64,000 bases of DNA from Lachnospiraceae bacterium. Its GTDB lineage: Bacteria > Bacillota > Clostridia > Lachnospirales > Lachnospiraceae. Below are positions 36,382 to 46,592 of the stretch, in pieces. The notes beneath the pieces were generated by a model. That model was given only the letters and a program-made list of their open reading frames with translations, ran no database searches and was not told the origin of the DNA. Each line of letters opens with the position of its first letter. Position 1 is the stretch's first letter. Made by a program: the position numbers and the translations under genes. The stretch is taken from assembly GCA_017455435.1 (NCBI GenBank), contig JAFTAU010000038.1, forward strand, positions 2,284 to 66,283, in the 5' to 3' direction.

Positions 36382-36951
36382 ATGAAAAACAAAAAATTCA
36401 CAAAAATCGCGGCGGGGCTCTGCTTTGTTATATCAGGAGTCCTGTTTGCTCTTGCAAAGTCCGGTTTTGTAAAAAGCGAAGATGCGGTCGTCGTGACTAC
36501 GGCAGGCACAGAAGATGTGCCCGTGGATGGGAGCGCCGCGTCAGAGGAGCAGACGGTTTTCGTGCATGTCTGCGGCGCGGTAAAAAATCCCGGGATCTAC
36601 GGGCTTTCGGCCGGCAGCAGAATAGGAGACGCGATAGACGCCGCGGGAGGCTTTACCGCCGATGCCGACACTGACAGCCTGAACCTCGCCCAGCCCGTTT
36701 CGGATTCGCAGCAGGTTCGCGCCCCGACGCTGGGCGAAGCCTCAGAGCAGGCCGACGGAAAAATCAATATCAATACCGCGTCGCAGCAGCAGCTTGTGAC
36801 GCTGCCCGGCATCGGAGAATCAAAAGCCCGTGCCATTACGGATTTCCGCACGGAGCACGGCAGATTTGAAAAACCCGAGGACATCAAAAAAGTGCCGGGC
36901 ATAGGAGACTCCGTTTTTGAAAGAATCAAAAACGATATAAAGGTGGACTGA
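36382..36951 (+). CDS. comEA: ComEA-family helix-hairpin-helix DNA-binding competence protein
   Basis: N-terminal TM segment, SLBB-like segment VHV.GAV..PG.Y, and C-terminal INTAS...L..LPGIG..KA..I...R...G.F....D...V.GIG. Confidence 0.85.
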   Translation: MKNKKFTKIAAGLCFVISGVLFALAKSGFVKSEDAVVVTTAGTEDVPVDGSAASEEQTVFVHVCGAVKNPGIYGLSAGSRIGDAIDAAGGFTADADTDSLNLAQPVSDSQQVRAPTLGEASEQADGKININTASQQQLVTLPGIGESKARAITDFRTEHGRFEKPEDIKKVPGIGDSVFERIKNDIKVD

Positions 36952-36954
36952 TAA

Positions 36955-37641
36955 ATGTCAAAAATTCTGGTAGTTGACGATGAAAAACTGATTGTTAAGG
37001 GGATCAGATTCAGCCTCGAGCAGGAAGGCATGGAAGTGGAATGCGCCTACGACGGAGAAGAAGCCATAGAAAAAATCTCCTCCGGAAAATATGACCTGAT
37101 TCTTCTCGACCTTATGCTTCCCAAAAAAGACGGTCTGGAGGTTTGCCGCGAGGTTCGTGAGACCTCTGACGTCCCCATCATCATGCTCACTGCCAAAAAC
37201 GACGACATGGACAAGATCCTCGGCCTCGAATACGGCGCCGATGACTATATCACAAAGCCTTTTAATATTCTCGAGGTAAAGGCCAGAATAAAAGCCATTA
37301 TCAGGCGCAACACCATAAGAGCGAGACACTCGGACGGCGGAAACCGCATTTCGGTAAAAGAGCTCACCATAGACCGTGACAGCCTCAGGGCGTTTATTTC
37401 CGATGAAGAAGTAAATCTCACCGCAAAGGAATTTGACCTGCTGGAGCTCTTTATCACGAATCCCGGAAAGGTCTACAGCCGCGAACAGCTCCTCGCTCTG
37501 ATCTGGGGCAAGGACTACCCCGGAGATGTCCGCACGGTTGATGTCCACGTCCGCAGACTCAGAGAAAAAATAGAAGAAAATCCCGCTGCCCCCAGATATG
37601 TTTTTACAAAATGGGGCCTCGGGTATTTTTACAAAGACTGA
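36955..37641 (+). CDS. OmpR-family response regulator (WalR/YycF-like)
   Basis: Receiver domain (ILVVDDE, DLILLDLMLP) plus a winged-helix domain (LT.KEF.LL, R.VDVH...LR.K.E). Confidence 0.9.
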   Translation: MSKILVVDDEKLIVKGIRFSLEQEGMEVECAYDGEEAIEKISSGKYDLILLDLMLPKKDGLEVCREVRETSDVPIIMLTAKNDDMDKILGLEYGADDYITKPFNILEVKARIKAIIRRNTIRARHSDGGNRISVKELTIDRDSLRAFISDEEVNLTAKEFDLLELFITNPGKVYSREQLLALIWGKDYPGDVRTVDVHVRRLREKIEENPAAPRYVFTKWGLGYFYKD

Positions 37642-37677
37642 TTGCGCCGCGTGCGCGTTTGATACAGGAATGCAGTA

Positions 37678-39201
37678 ATGAATGAAAGCCGCAAAAAACG
37701 TCCCCCGAGACTGAGGGTGATTGTTTTTGTATTTATAGTTTTAATAGCGACAATCCCCATGATAAGCGTCAGCCTGGTGCTTATCAATTCTGCTTTTGAC
37801 CGCGAAATCGAGAGCGGAAAGAGCGAGCTTTCCGGACAGGTTCTCATTCTTGCAAACCAGCTTCAGGCGGATGATTACGTTTCCCATTACATTACTTCTG
37901 ACAAAAATGTCGCGATAGAGCAGATTGCCGACATCTGGGGCGGCAGGATACAGATTACAAACGCCGGCTGCAAGGTTCTGGTCGATACCTACGGCCTCGA
38001 TATTTCCCGCTACAATATTTCCGAATATGTTCTGACCGCGCTTTCCGGGCAGAGCGTCAATTATCTCGATGAACAGAGCATGACGCTTGTGCTTTCCCAG
38101 CCCATTTATAATTCAGAAGAAAAAGAGCTCGTCGTGCCGCTCGAAGAGCTTGCGGACGGACAGGAGCCGGAGTACCGTTCAAAGATTGACGGAGTTATTC
38201 TCGTTACCGTGGATATGAGCCGTCGCACGACCACGCTTACCGGCATCAGCAGCCAGATGTATTTGCTGTGGATTGCGGCAGCGTGTCTCATTATTCTCAT
38301 TGTATTTCTGGTTATGGTCAGGCTTTTCAGGCCGTTTGGAAGAATCGTCTCCGAAATCGACGCGGCTGTTGAGGGCACGTCCAAAAGAATCAGCGTCAGG
38401 AGCTATCTCGAGTTTTCGAGAATCAGCGATGCCGTCGGTCGCCTGATAACCCGCATCAATTCGCTCGATGAGTCCAGGCAGGAATTTGTCTCAAATGTCT
38501 CGCACGAGCTAAAGACGCCCATCACGTCAATGCGCGTTCTGGCCGATACAATTAATACCATGGAAGATGTTCCGCCGGAAACGTACCGCGAGTTCATGCG
38601 CGATATCTCCGGAGAGCTTGACAGAGAGGGCCGGATAATTGACGATCTGCTCTCTATTTCGAGACTTGAGGCCGGGCGCGTGGATTTGTCTGTTTCGCAG
38701 GTCAATCTCAACGAATGGATTGAGAGCGTACTTCGCCGCGTCAGTCCCATCGCAAAGGCGTCGGGGATAGATCTGCTTTTTGAATCATTCCGCCCCGTCA
38801 GCGCCGAAATCGATGAAATAAAGCTCACGCTCGCGCTCACCAACATCGTCGAAAATGCAATTAAATACAATAAAGAAGGCGGCTGGATAAAGGTTTCGCT
38901 CAATTCCGACCACCATTATTTCTTTATAAAAATCGAGGACTCGGGCATCGGCATTCCCAAAGAGGCCATGCCGCACCTGTTCGAGCGCTTTTACCGCGTA
39001 GACAAGGATCGCTCCAGAGAGAGCGGCGGCACGGGACTGGGCTTGTCCATTGCAAAACAGATTGTCAATCTGCATCACGGAGCCATCCGCGCCTACAGCG
39101 AGCTCGGCGAGGGCACTACCTTTGTTATCAGAATTCCTCTCGAATATCACGAAAAAGAACTGTCTTTACAGCAGGAGGCGTCAGATGAAGAAGATAGTTA
39201 A
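37678..39201 (+). CDS. Sensor histidine kinase
   Basis: TM-flanked sensor domain, H-box FVSNVSHELKTP, N-box NAIKYN, and G-boxes DSGIGI and GGTGLGLSI. Confidence 0.9.
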   Translation: MNESRKKRPPRLRVIVFVFIVLIATIPMISVSLVLINSAFDREIESGKSELSGQVLILANQLQADDYVSHYITSDKNVAIEQIADIWGGRIQITNAGCKVLVDTYGLDISRYNISEYVLTALSGQSVNYLDEQSMTLVLSQPIYNSEEKELVVPLEELADGQEPEYRSKIDGVILVTVDMSRRTTTLTGISSQMYLLWIAAACLIILIVFLVMVRLFRPFGRIVSEIDAAVEGTSKRISVRSYLEFSRISDAVGRLITRINSLDESRQEFVSNVSHELKTPITSMRVLADTINTMEDVPPETYREFMRDISGELDREGRIIDDLLSISRLEAGRVDLSVSQVNLNEWIESVLRRVSPIAKASGIDLLFESFRPVSAEIDEIKLTLALTNIVENAIKYNKEGGWIKVSLNSDHHYFFIKIEDSGIGIPKEAMPHLFERFYRVDKDRSRESGGTGLGLSIAKQIVNLHHGAIRAYSELGEGTTFVIRIPLEYHEKELSLQQEASDEEDS

Positions 39202-40102
39202 CTTAATTCTTGTTTGTTTGATGCTGTCTGTTTTTTCCGCCTGCGACGGCGCAAAGGAAGCTCCCGCTGATGAGGGCTTCAGGCTGTTTTACATCAATTC
39301 GCAGGCGACGATTCTGACCGAATACAGCTACAAAGCCCGCGAAACTGAAACACTCGCTGTCGTAAAGGAATTGTTTGACAGCATGGCTAAGGTCTCCATC
39401 GAGGGCTGTTCGTCCGTTGTTCCTGCCGGTGTCAAATACATGGGCGCCGAGCTTAACGGGGATATTCTCAATCTTTTTATCAGCGGTGACCTTAATTCCG
39501 CTCCGGTCAGACAAAAAATGCTGTTCTGCGCTGCCATGACCAATTCATTTGCGCAGCTTGACGATATCGAGGGACTTCAGATCTACTGCGACGGCGATCC
39601 TGTAACAGACGGAACCGGCGCCGGGATCGGCATACTGAAAACCATGCGTTTTATCAGCGATGTTATCGACGGTCCCGACGATTACAAAGAAAGTGATCTT
39701 ACCGTTTACTTCGCGAATGAAGCAAAAGACAGGCTTGTAAAGACTGTGGTCACCGCCGCGTACAGACGTACTACGCCGATGGAGCGCGTAGTCGTGGAAC
39801 AGATTATAAAGGGACCGGCGGACAAGACGCTCTCCGCCACTGTTCCTTCCACACTGACCCTGCTCGGGGTGAACGTCCGCGACGGAATCTGCTATGTCAA
39901 TTTTGACGACAAATTCCTGACAGAGGCGCTCACGACCAATGATTATATTCCGGTCTATTCAATAGTAAATTCGTTACTGGAGCTGAAGGGCATAGAATCT
40001 GTCCAGATCAGCATCAACGGTTCGAGCGATATCACCATGCCGCTCGGCGAGATTTCTTTTTCGCGTCCGCTGACGTATAACGACGTTTACATCGATCAGT
40101 AA
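39185..40102 (+). CDS. GerMN-domain lipoprotein
   Basis: Lipobox LSVFSAC after the start at ATG 39185, which overlaps the kinase 3' end. Two GerMN-like repeats (LFYIN..., LTVYFAN...GP....L.A.VP....LL.V...DG.CYVNF). Confidence 0.7.
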   Translation: MKKIVNLILVCLMLSVFSACDGAKEAPADEGFRLFYINSQATILTEYSYKARETETLAVVKELFDSMAKVSIEGCSSVVPAGVKYMGAELNGDILNLFISGDLNSAPVRQKMLFCAAMTNSFAQLDDIEGLQIYCDGDPVTDGTGAGIGILKTMRFISDVIDGPDDYKESDLTVYFANEAKDRLVKTVVTAAYRRTTPMERVVVEQIIKGPADKTLSATVPSTLTLLGVNVRDGICYVNFDDKFLTEALTTNDYIPVYSIVNSLLELKGIESVQISINGSSDITMPLGEISFSRPLTYNDVYIDQ

Positions 40103-40160
40103 TCTGACTCTTTTCTGACGAAAGTCAGTCTGAAAATCTTTTATTCTTTGCGAGGTATAA

Positions 40161-42410
40161 ATGTTTCGCAGACCATTTTTGCTGATTTTTTCGGCACTGT
40201 TTGCCGTGTGCTTTGCCGCGCGTTTTTTTGGCGTTTCGCTCCTGCGCAAGACGCCGCTCACCGCTGCTTTTTCGGGAGAAAAAACGGCCGCGTCTGCCGT
40301 GGGCGTGATAGATAGAATTACTGTTACGGCGGAGTACGAGAGGCTGCAGCTCACAGATTGCGAGGTGAGTCTCTGCGGCGGGGAGTTTTTGGGAACGAAC
40401 GGACTGCTTGTTTACGGGGACGGCTTTTTGGATCTGCCCGAAGGCGCGAGGGTCAGAATCACCGGTGATATCAGTGCTTTTGATACGCCTGATAATCCCG
40501 GGGAGTTTGACAGACAGAGCTATTACAGGACGCGGGGACTTGACTTTGTCTTTTATTCCGACAGCGTGGAAATCATAGAGGAAGATACGCGCTCGTTCCC
40601 TGACAGAGTGCTGGGGTCGCTCAGGCAGAGACTTTCGGAATCCGTAGACCGCGTCAGTGCAGACGAAACAGAGGCCGGCCTTTTCAAGGCATTTTTTCTG
40701 GGTGACAAATCCGGAATCGATGAGGAGCAGTACGACCTCATCAGAATTGGGGGCGCTGCGCATATGCTTGCAATCAGCGGGCTCCATCTGTCATTGATTG
40801 GAAAGCTGCTGCTGGATTTGTTCAAAAAGCTGCGTCTGCCGCCCACGCCTTCGTTCATAACTGCGGATCTGATTTTGCTGCTTTACGTGATAATGCTGGA
40901 CGGCAGCGCCTCTGCCTGGCGTGCGTATATTATGTTTTCGGCCGCGGTTTTCGCGCCTCTGCTCGGCAGGTCATACGATTTTTTGTCAGCGCTGGGACTG
41001 GCCGGGACCTTGCTGCTGCTTTCCGCGCCGTCCTATGTTTCGGACCCGGCATTTCTGCTTTCTTTTTCAGCGGCAGCCGGAATCGGAATCATTTATCCGG
41101 TTCTTCGAGGGGCGCTCGGCGGTCTGATGAAAAAGCTGCCGCGCTTTCTTGAAAGAGCTTTTTCAGCGCTCGTTTTCAGCGTTTCGATACAACTCATGAC
41201 GCTGCCGGTAACTGCGTATTTTTACTACTCTGTTCCGCTTTACGGAATGCTCGTTAATATTGTTATGCTGCCATTTTTGTCGCTTGCGCTGGTCTCGGTC
41301 ATGGCCGGGGCGGCGGCCGGCATTTTCAGTGCTTCCATCGGAGGCTTTTTTATAGGCTTTGCGCATTATTATTTTGCGGTGCTGCTGAAGATTTGCGAGT
41401 GGGTGGGAGATTTGCCGTTCGCCGTGATTACGACAGGGAAACCGGCAGAGTGGCAGATTGCTTTGTATTATGCGCTGCTTTCGGCTTTTCTGTTTTTGCT
41501 GAGACGGTGGGCGAAAGGCGTGGAAAAAGGGCAGAAGAGAAGGCTGCGAAAAGCGGCTCCCGCACTGCTCGCGCTTTCCCTGGCCGTGGCCTCTCTTTTT
41601 CATATCGGCGGGGGCCCGTCAATTACCGCGCTGTATGTTGGACAGGGAGACTGCTCTGTCATTACCACGGAAGAAAACCACGCCGTGCTCATTGACTGCG
41701 GCAGCTCGAGCAAAAAAGACGTTTCGGGGAGCGTTATTCTGCCTTTTTTGAAATCCTCGGGAATAAGTATAATCGACATGATTTTTCTCAGTCACGCTGA
41801 CGGCGACCATATCAGCGGGCTTTCTAAGCTTTTAAGTGACAACGCCATAAAGGTGGGTATGGTCTGCGTTTCATACTCCGCCGAAACGCGGCAGGAGTGG
41901 AGCGAGGTGGCTGAGCTTGCAGGGAAGGCCGGGGTTCCGCTCGTAAATCTAAAAACCGGCGATACCGCGATGGCGGGAGGGATGACATTTGAAGTGTTAT
42001 CACCGTCAGAGCAGCTTTCCGCCGACGCTGACAAAAACGAGAGGTCCATGGTTGTCAGAATGGAATACGGCGATTTTTCCGCGCTTTTTACCGGCGATAT
42101 CGGAGAACTCGCCGAGGACATTCTCTCGGATGAGAATGACAAAACCGACTGCGATTATCTAAAGTGTCCCCACCACGGCAGCAAATACAGCAGCAGTAAA
42201 GATTTTCTGCAAAGCGTAACTCCTGCTCTGACCGTCATATCCGCCGGGCGCAACAACAGCTACGGGCATCCGGCGCCGGAAACTATAGAGCGCCTTATCT
42301 CGTCCGGAAGTGAGGTTTTTCGCACGGACACCTCCGGCGCCGTCACCACCCGTATATCCTCCGCCGGCGAAGGCGTGAAAACCGTTTATTTTTCGGACGC
42401 TTTTCGTTGA
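40161..42410 (+). CDS. comEC: DNA internalisation competence protein ComEC/Rec2 (with C-terminal metallo-beta-lactamase domain)
   Basis: Competence-domain motif HMLAISGLH, a polytopic core, and a C-terminal MBL motif FLSHADGDH ... CPHHGS. 749 aa. Confidence 0.9.
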   Translation: MFRRPFLLIFSALFAVCFAARFFGVSLLRKTPLTAAFSGEKTAASAVGVIDRITVTAEYERLQLTDCEVSLCGGEFLGTNGLLVYGDGFLDLPEGARVRITGDISAFDTPDNPGEFDRQSYYRTRGLDFVFYSDSVEIIEEDTRSFPDRVLGSLRQRLSESVDRVSADETEAGLFKAFFLGDKSGIDEEQYDLIRIGGAAHMLAISGLHLSLIGKLLLDLFKKLRLPPTPSFITADLILLLYVIMLDGSASAWRAYIMFSAAVFAPLLGRSYDFLSALGLAGTLLLLSAPSYVSDPAFLLSFSAAAGIGIIYPVLRGALGGLMKKLPRFLERAFSALVFSVSIQLMTLPVTAYFYYSVPLYGMLVNIVMLPFLSLALVSVMAGAAAGIFSASIGGFFIGFAHYYFAVLLKICEWVGDLPFAVITTGKPAEWQIALYYALLSAFLFLLRRWAKGVEKGQKRRLRKAAPALLALSLAVASLFHIGGGPSITALYVGQGDCSVITTEENHAVLIDCGSSSKKDVSGSVILPFLKSSGISIIDMIFLSHADGDHISGLSKLLSDNAIKVGMVCVSYSAETRQEWSEVAELAGKAGVPLVNLKTGDTAMAGGMTFEVLSPSEQLSADADKNERSMVVRMEYGDFSALFTGDIGELAEDILSDENDKTDCDYLKCPHHGSKYSSSKDFLQSVTPALTVISAGRNNSYGHPAPETIERLISSGSEVFRTDTSGAVTTRISSAGEGVKTVYFSDAFR

Positions 42411-42490
42411 CAAGCGCCGTAATCCGTTGTATATTCTAATTTACTATTTTTTATTTGGCAAAAATGTGCCACGAAAGAGGAGGTTTATCA

Positions 42491-43696
42491 ATGAAGAACT
42501 TCAAAAGAATGTTAGCTCTGCTTATGGTAGCAGCGCTTTCTGTCGCTTCATTTTCTGCCTGCGGTGACGAAGAGCAGACTACTGCGGCAGCTGACAGCGG
42601 CGAAACCACTGAGGCTGCACAGGAGGGCGGCACCTTTGTTATCGGCGGAATCGGCCCGATCACCGGACCTGCCGCAGTTTACGGCATTGCTGTTCAGCGC
42701 GGCGCCCAGATTGCTATCGACGAGATCAACGCGGCCGGCGGAGTAAACGGCATGACTCTGGCGCTGGATTTCCAGGACGACGAGCATGACGCCGAAAAAT
42801 CAGTCAACGCCTACAACACCATCAAGGACAACGGAGCGAAGGTTCTTCTCGGAACCGTTACCTCCACACCTTGCGAAGCTGTTGTAGAAAAGACTTTTGA
42901 AGACGGCATGTTCCAGATCACCCCTTCGGGATCTTCTGTAAACGCTATCTGCCACGAGAACGCTTTCCGTATCTGCTTCTCGGATCCCAGTCAGGGAACC
43001 GCCGCTGCCCAGTACATCAAGGGAACCCTCGGCCTCACCAAGGCAGCTGTTATCTATGACAATTCCGACGTTTATTCATCGGGCATCTATGAGAAATTCG
43101 CCACCGAAGCACAGGCTCAGGGAATCGAAATCGTTTCCGCTCAGGCATTCTCCGGCGCGGACAACAAGGACTTCAATACTCAGCTCATCGCCATCAACGA
43201 CGCCCAGCCTGAGATTGTTTTCCTTCCTATTTACTATCAGGCAGCAGCTCTAATCCTGCAGCAGTCTCAGAAAGCCGGATATAGCTTCACATTCTTCGGA
43301 TGCGACGGTCTTGACGGCGTTATCGGACAGCTCGAAGGCGACGCCGCTCTTGCTGAAGGAGTTATGCTTCTTACTCCTTTCGTTGCCGACGACCCCGCCG
43401 AGAACGTACAGAGCTTTGTTCAGGCTTATCAGGCCGCTTACGGCGAAGTCCCGAACCAGTTCGCGGCAGACGCTTACGACGGCATTTATGTCATCAAGGC
43501 TGCTCTTGAGCAGGCTCAGATCACCGATCCCACCATGTCTGTTTCCGATATCGGAACCGCTCTTATCGAAGCCATCAAGACCATCACGGTCGAAGGTATC
43601 ACCGGCACTATGAAGTGGACCGAGGACGGCGAGTGTGACAAGACCCCTAAGGGCATGGTCATCAAGGACGGCGTTTACACAGCTATCACTCAGTAA
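42491..43696 (+). CDS. Branched-chain amino acid ABC transporter substrate-binding lipoprotein (LivJ/K-like)
   Basis: Lipobox SFSAC after the ATG at 42491 (AAGAGGAGG RBS). Type-I periplasmic-binding-protein pattern IGGIGP.TG.AA.YG......GA..A..EINA.GG. Confidence 0.85.
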   Translation: MKNFKRMLALLMVAALSVASFSACGDEEQTTAAADSGETTEAAQEGGTFVIGGIGPITGPAAVYGIAVQRGAQIAIDEINAAGGVNGMTLALDFQDDEHDAEKSVNAYNTIKDNGAKVLLGTVTSTPCEAVVEKTFEDGMFQITPSGSSVNAICHENAFRICFSDPSQGTAAAQYIKGTLGLTKAAVIYDNSDVYSSGIYEKFATEAQAQGIEIVSAQAFSGADNKDFNTQLIAINDAQPEIVFLPIYYQAAALILQQSQKAGYSFTFFGCDGLDGVIGQLEGDAALAEGVMLLTPFVADDPAENVQSFVQAYQAAYGEVPNQFAADAYDGIYVIKAALEQAQITDPTMSVSDIGTALIEAIKTITVEGITGTMKWTEDGECDKTPKGMVIKDGVYTAITQ

Positions 43697-43706
43697 TATA
43701 TATTAC

Positions 43707-43735
43707 GCGGCTCCGGCCCCGGCGGCCGGAGCCGC
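43707..43735 (+). promoter_or_regulatory. Perfect 12-bp GC-rich hairpin after the liv binding-protein gene (intra-operon attenuator or RNA-stabilising stem)
   Basis: GCGGCTCCGGCC-CCGGC-GGCCGGAGCCGC with no T-run. A second AT-rich stem with a T-run follows at ~43757-43790. Confidence 0.55.
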
Positions 43736-43820
43736 CTTATAAAAAACACGGGTCAAATAATAGGAGAGCTTCTTCTATTATTTTTCCCGTTTAAAAAGGA
43801 AGTTTTTACGGGAGGCGGAT

Positions 43821-44693
43821 ATGTTTATATCCTATTTATTCAGCGGCATAAGTCTGGGAGCCATATATGCGCTTATCGCGCTGGGCTACACCATGGTTTA
43901 CGGCATCGCGAAGATGCTTAATTTTGCCCATGGCGACGTCATTATGGTAGGCGGATATATTGCTTTCACACTCAGCGTCACGCTGGGACAGAGCGCGTGG
44001 ATCGCGATAATAGGCAGTATCGTTTTCTGTACGCTCCTCGGCATAACCATCGAAAAAATCGCGTACAAACCACTCAGGAACGCCTCAAAGCTGGCGGTTC
44101 TTATCACCGCCATCGGAGTCAGCTATTTCCTCCAGAATCTCGCGCTTCTGATTTTTGGCTCAAATTCAAGAAACTTCAAATCTCTGGTCTCTGTTCCCGT
44201 TATCTCCATCGGCCAGGTCACCATCCCCGGCGAAACTGTAGTGACCATAGCCGTTTCGGTACTTATAGTTGTAGGACTTCTTTTATTCATCAACAAATCC
44301 AAATCCGGCGCCGCGATGCTGGCCGTATCGGAAGATCGCGCGGCCGCGGAGCTTATGGGCATTAATGTAAACAGGACTATCAGCCTGACATTCGCTATCG
44401 GCTCCGGTCTGGCGGCGGTGGCAGGTATATTGATGTGCTCGCAGTACCCCAGTATCGGTCCGTACACCGGTCAGATGCCCGGCATAAAAGCATTTATCGC
44501 TGCCGTTTTCGGCGGCATCGGCAGTATCCCCGGCGCCATGATCGGCGGCGTAGTAATAGGCATAATCGAAAACCTCAGCAAAGCATACATTTCTTCACAG
44601 CTTTCTGACGCGATTACATTTGTCATTCTGATTCTCACTCTTGTCATAAGGCCCACCGGACTCTTTGGCAAGAAGATCAACGAAAAGGTTTAA
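43821..44693 (+). CDS. livH: Branched-chain amino acid ABC permease (LivH type)
   Basis: 290-aa polytopic protein with motifs GL..G..YAL.A.G..M.YG and N.AHGD. Operon context. Confidence 0.85.
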   Translation: MFISYLFSGISLGAIYALIALGYTMVYGIAKMLNFAHGDVIMVGGYIAFTLSVTLGQSAWIAIIGSIVFCTLLGITIEKIAYKPLRNASKLAVLITAIGVSYFLQNLALLIFGSNSRNFKSLVSVPVISIGQVTIPGETVVTIAVSVLIVVGLLLFINKSKSGAAMLAVSEDRAAAELMGINVNRTISLTFAIGSGLAAVAGILMCSQYPSIGPYTGQMPGIKAFIAAVFGGIGSIPGAMIGGVVIGIIENLSKAYISSQLSDAITFVILILTLVIRPTGLFGKKINEKV

Positions 44694-44705
44694 GGAGGCC
44701 CCGTT

Positions 44706-45824
44706 ATGGATAAAAACAAAAAATCGGTTTCGGGCTCCATGCTAAAGTCCTTTGGTTTCAAATCCCCCGCCGGCAATAAGCTCATCACCCTGCTCATTCC
44801 GCTGGCATTCTTCGTAATCTGTCATCTGCTGGTTGATTTCGGCGTACTCGGCAGCCTGTTCGAAGGCCTGCTGGTACCGCTGTGCTACTACATCATTATG
44901 GCCGTTTCGCTCAATCTCACAGTCGGCATACTGGGAGAGCTTTCGCTGGGACACGCCGGCTTTATGTGCGTGGGAGCCTATGTGGGCGGCATCTTCTCGT
45001 TTATCACGCAGGAGACCATCACCTCGCCGTGGATCCGCTTCCCGCTCGCCATTCTGATAGGCGGCATAGCGGCGGCGCTGTTCGGCCTGCTTATCGGCAT
45101 CCCGATTCTGCGTCTGCGCGGCGACTATCTGGCCATAGTTACGCTGGCATTCGGTGAGATAATCAAAAATATCATGCAGAACATTTATCTTGCGAAGGAC
45201 GTTAACGGGCTGCACTTCTCCTTTGCAAAGCCCATAGACCTTGCGGACGTCGACGTTGCCTCAAAGATTGACATTCTTAAAGGCCCCATGGCGCTGAAAG
45301 GCGTTCCAAAGGATGCGAATCTCATCATAGCCGTTATTCTGGTTCTGATTACACTTATAGTAATACTGAACCTCATTGATTCCCGCGCCGGCAGAGCGAT
45401 AATGTCTATCAGAGACAACCGCATCGCCGCCGAGTCCACAGGCATCAACATCACAAAATACAAGCTCATCGTCTTCGGCATCTCCGCGTTCTTCGCGGGC
45501 GTGGCGGGCGTTCTTTCGTCCCACTACAACATGGTCACCGAGGCGAAGAAATTTGATTACAACACGTCGATACTGATTCTCGTATTTGCCGTTCTGGGCG
45601 GACTCGGAAAGATGCGCGGCACCATTATCGCCACTATTCTGCTGTACGCCCTGCCTGAGCTGCTGCGCGGCCTGCAGTCATACCGCATGCTGGTTTACGC
45701 CATCGTGCTTATCGTGATGATGATACTTAATAACAACGCCCGCTTCAACGAATGGAAAAAGAGAGTCAAGGCTTTCTTCACAAAGAAAAAACCCGCTGTG
45801 GACGCAGGAAAGGAGGAAGAGTGA
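44706..45824 (+). CDS. livM: Branched-chain amino acid ABC permease (LivM type)
   Basis: 372-aa polytopic protein with motifs G.LSLGHAGFM..GAY and LRL.GDYLAIVTL.F.EI. Confidence 0.85.
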   Translation: MDKNKKSVSGSMLKSFGFKSPAGNKLITLLIPLAFFVICHLLVDFGVLGSLFEGLLVPLCYYIIMAVSLNLTVGILGELSLGHAGFMCVGAYVGGIFSFITQETITSPWIRFPLAILIGGIAAALFGLLIGIPILRLRGDYLAIVTLAFGEIIKNIMQNIYLAKDVNGLHFSFAKPIDLADVDVASKIDILKGPMALKGVPKDANLIIAVILVLITLIVILNLIDSRAGRAIMSIRDNRIAAESTGINITKYKLIVFGISAFFAGVAGVLSSHYNMVTEAKKFDYNTSILILVFAVLGGLGKMRGTIIATILLYALPELLRGLQSYRMLVYAIVLIVMMILNNNARFNEWKKRVKAFFTKKKPAVDAGKEEE

Positions 45825-46582
45825 TGTCGTTTGTAGAGATAAACAATATCAGCATTTCCTTCGGAGGACTCCGCGCGGTTGACGATTTTTATCTGCGCCA
45901 GGAAAAAGGCGAGCTCTACGGCCTGATCGGCCCGAACGGAGCCGGAAAGACCACGGTCTTTAACCTGCTCACCGGCGTTTACAAGCCCGATCGCGGCACT
46001 TTTTTCCTTGACGGTGAAAACATGACCGGCAAAAGCACGATAAAGCTCAACCAGTCCGGCATCGCCAGAACCTTCCAGAACATCAGGCTGTTTGGCAATT
46101 TGAGCGTACTTGACAACGTCAAAATCGGCCTTCACAACAACTACAGATACTCCGCTTTTGACGGCATTGCCCGCCTGCCGAAATACTTCAAAACAGAAAA
46201 AGCAATGAACGAAAAGGCAGAGGAAATACTGGAGCTCTTTGAGCTTTACGGGGACAAAGACATTCTTTCGTCCAATCTCCCCTACGGAAAACAGCGCAGG
46301 CTGGAGATAGCCAGAGCGCTTGCCACGGATCCCAAATACCTGCTTCTGGATGAGCCCGCCGCCGGCATGAACCCCAACGAAACCGCGGAGCTTATGGATA
46401 TGATCCGCTTTGTTCGGGATCATTTCGGCATGACGATTCTGCTCATCGAGCACGATATGAAGCTGGTGGCCGGCATCTGCGAAAAGGTTTCCGTTCTCAA
46501 TTTCGGACAGCTTCTTGCGCAGGGCAAGACCTCCGAGGTACTGAAGGATCCAGAGGTCATAAAGGCCTATCTGGGACAATAA
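45824..46582 (+). CDS. livG: Branched-chain amino acid ABC ATPase (LivG type)
   Basis: Start at ATG 45824 overlaps the livM stop. Walker A GPNGAGKTT, signature LPYGKQRRLEIARAL, Walker B LLLDEPAAG. Confidence 0.9.
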   Translation: MSFVEINNISISFGGLRAVDDFYLRQEKGELYGLIGPNGAGKTTVFNLLTGVYKPDRGTFFLDGENMTGKSTIKLNQSGIARTFQNIRLFGNLSVLDNVKIGLHNNYRYSAFDGIARLPKYFKTEKAMNEKAEEILELFELYGDKDILSSNLPYGKQRRLEIARALATDPKYLLLDEPAAGMNPNETAELMDMIRFVRDHFGMTILLIEHDMKLVAGICEKVSVLNFGQLLAQGKTSEVLKDPEVIKAYLGQ

Positions 46583-46592
46583 GGGGGGCGAT

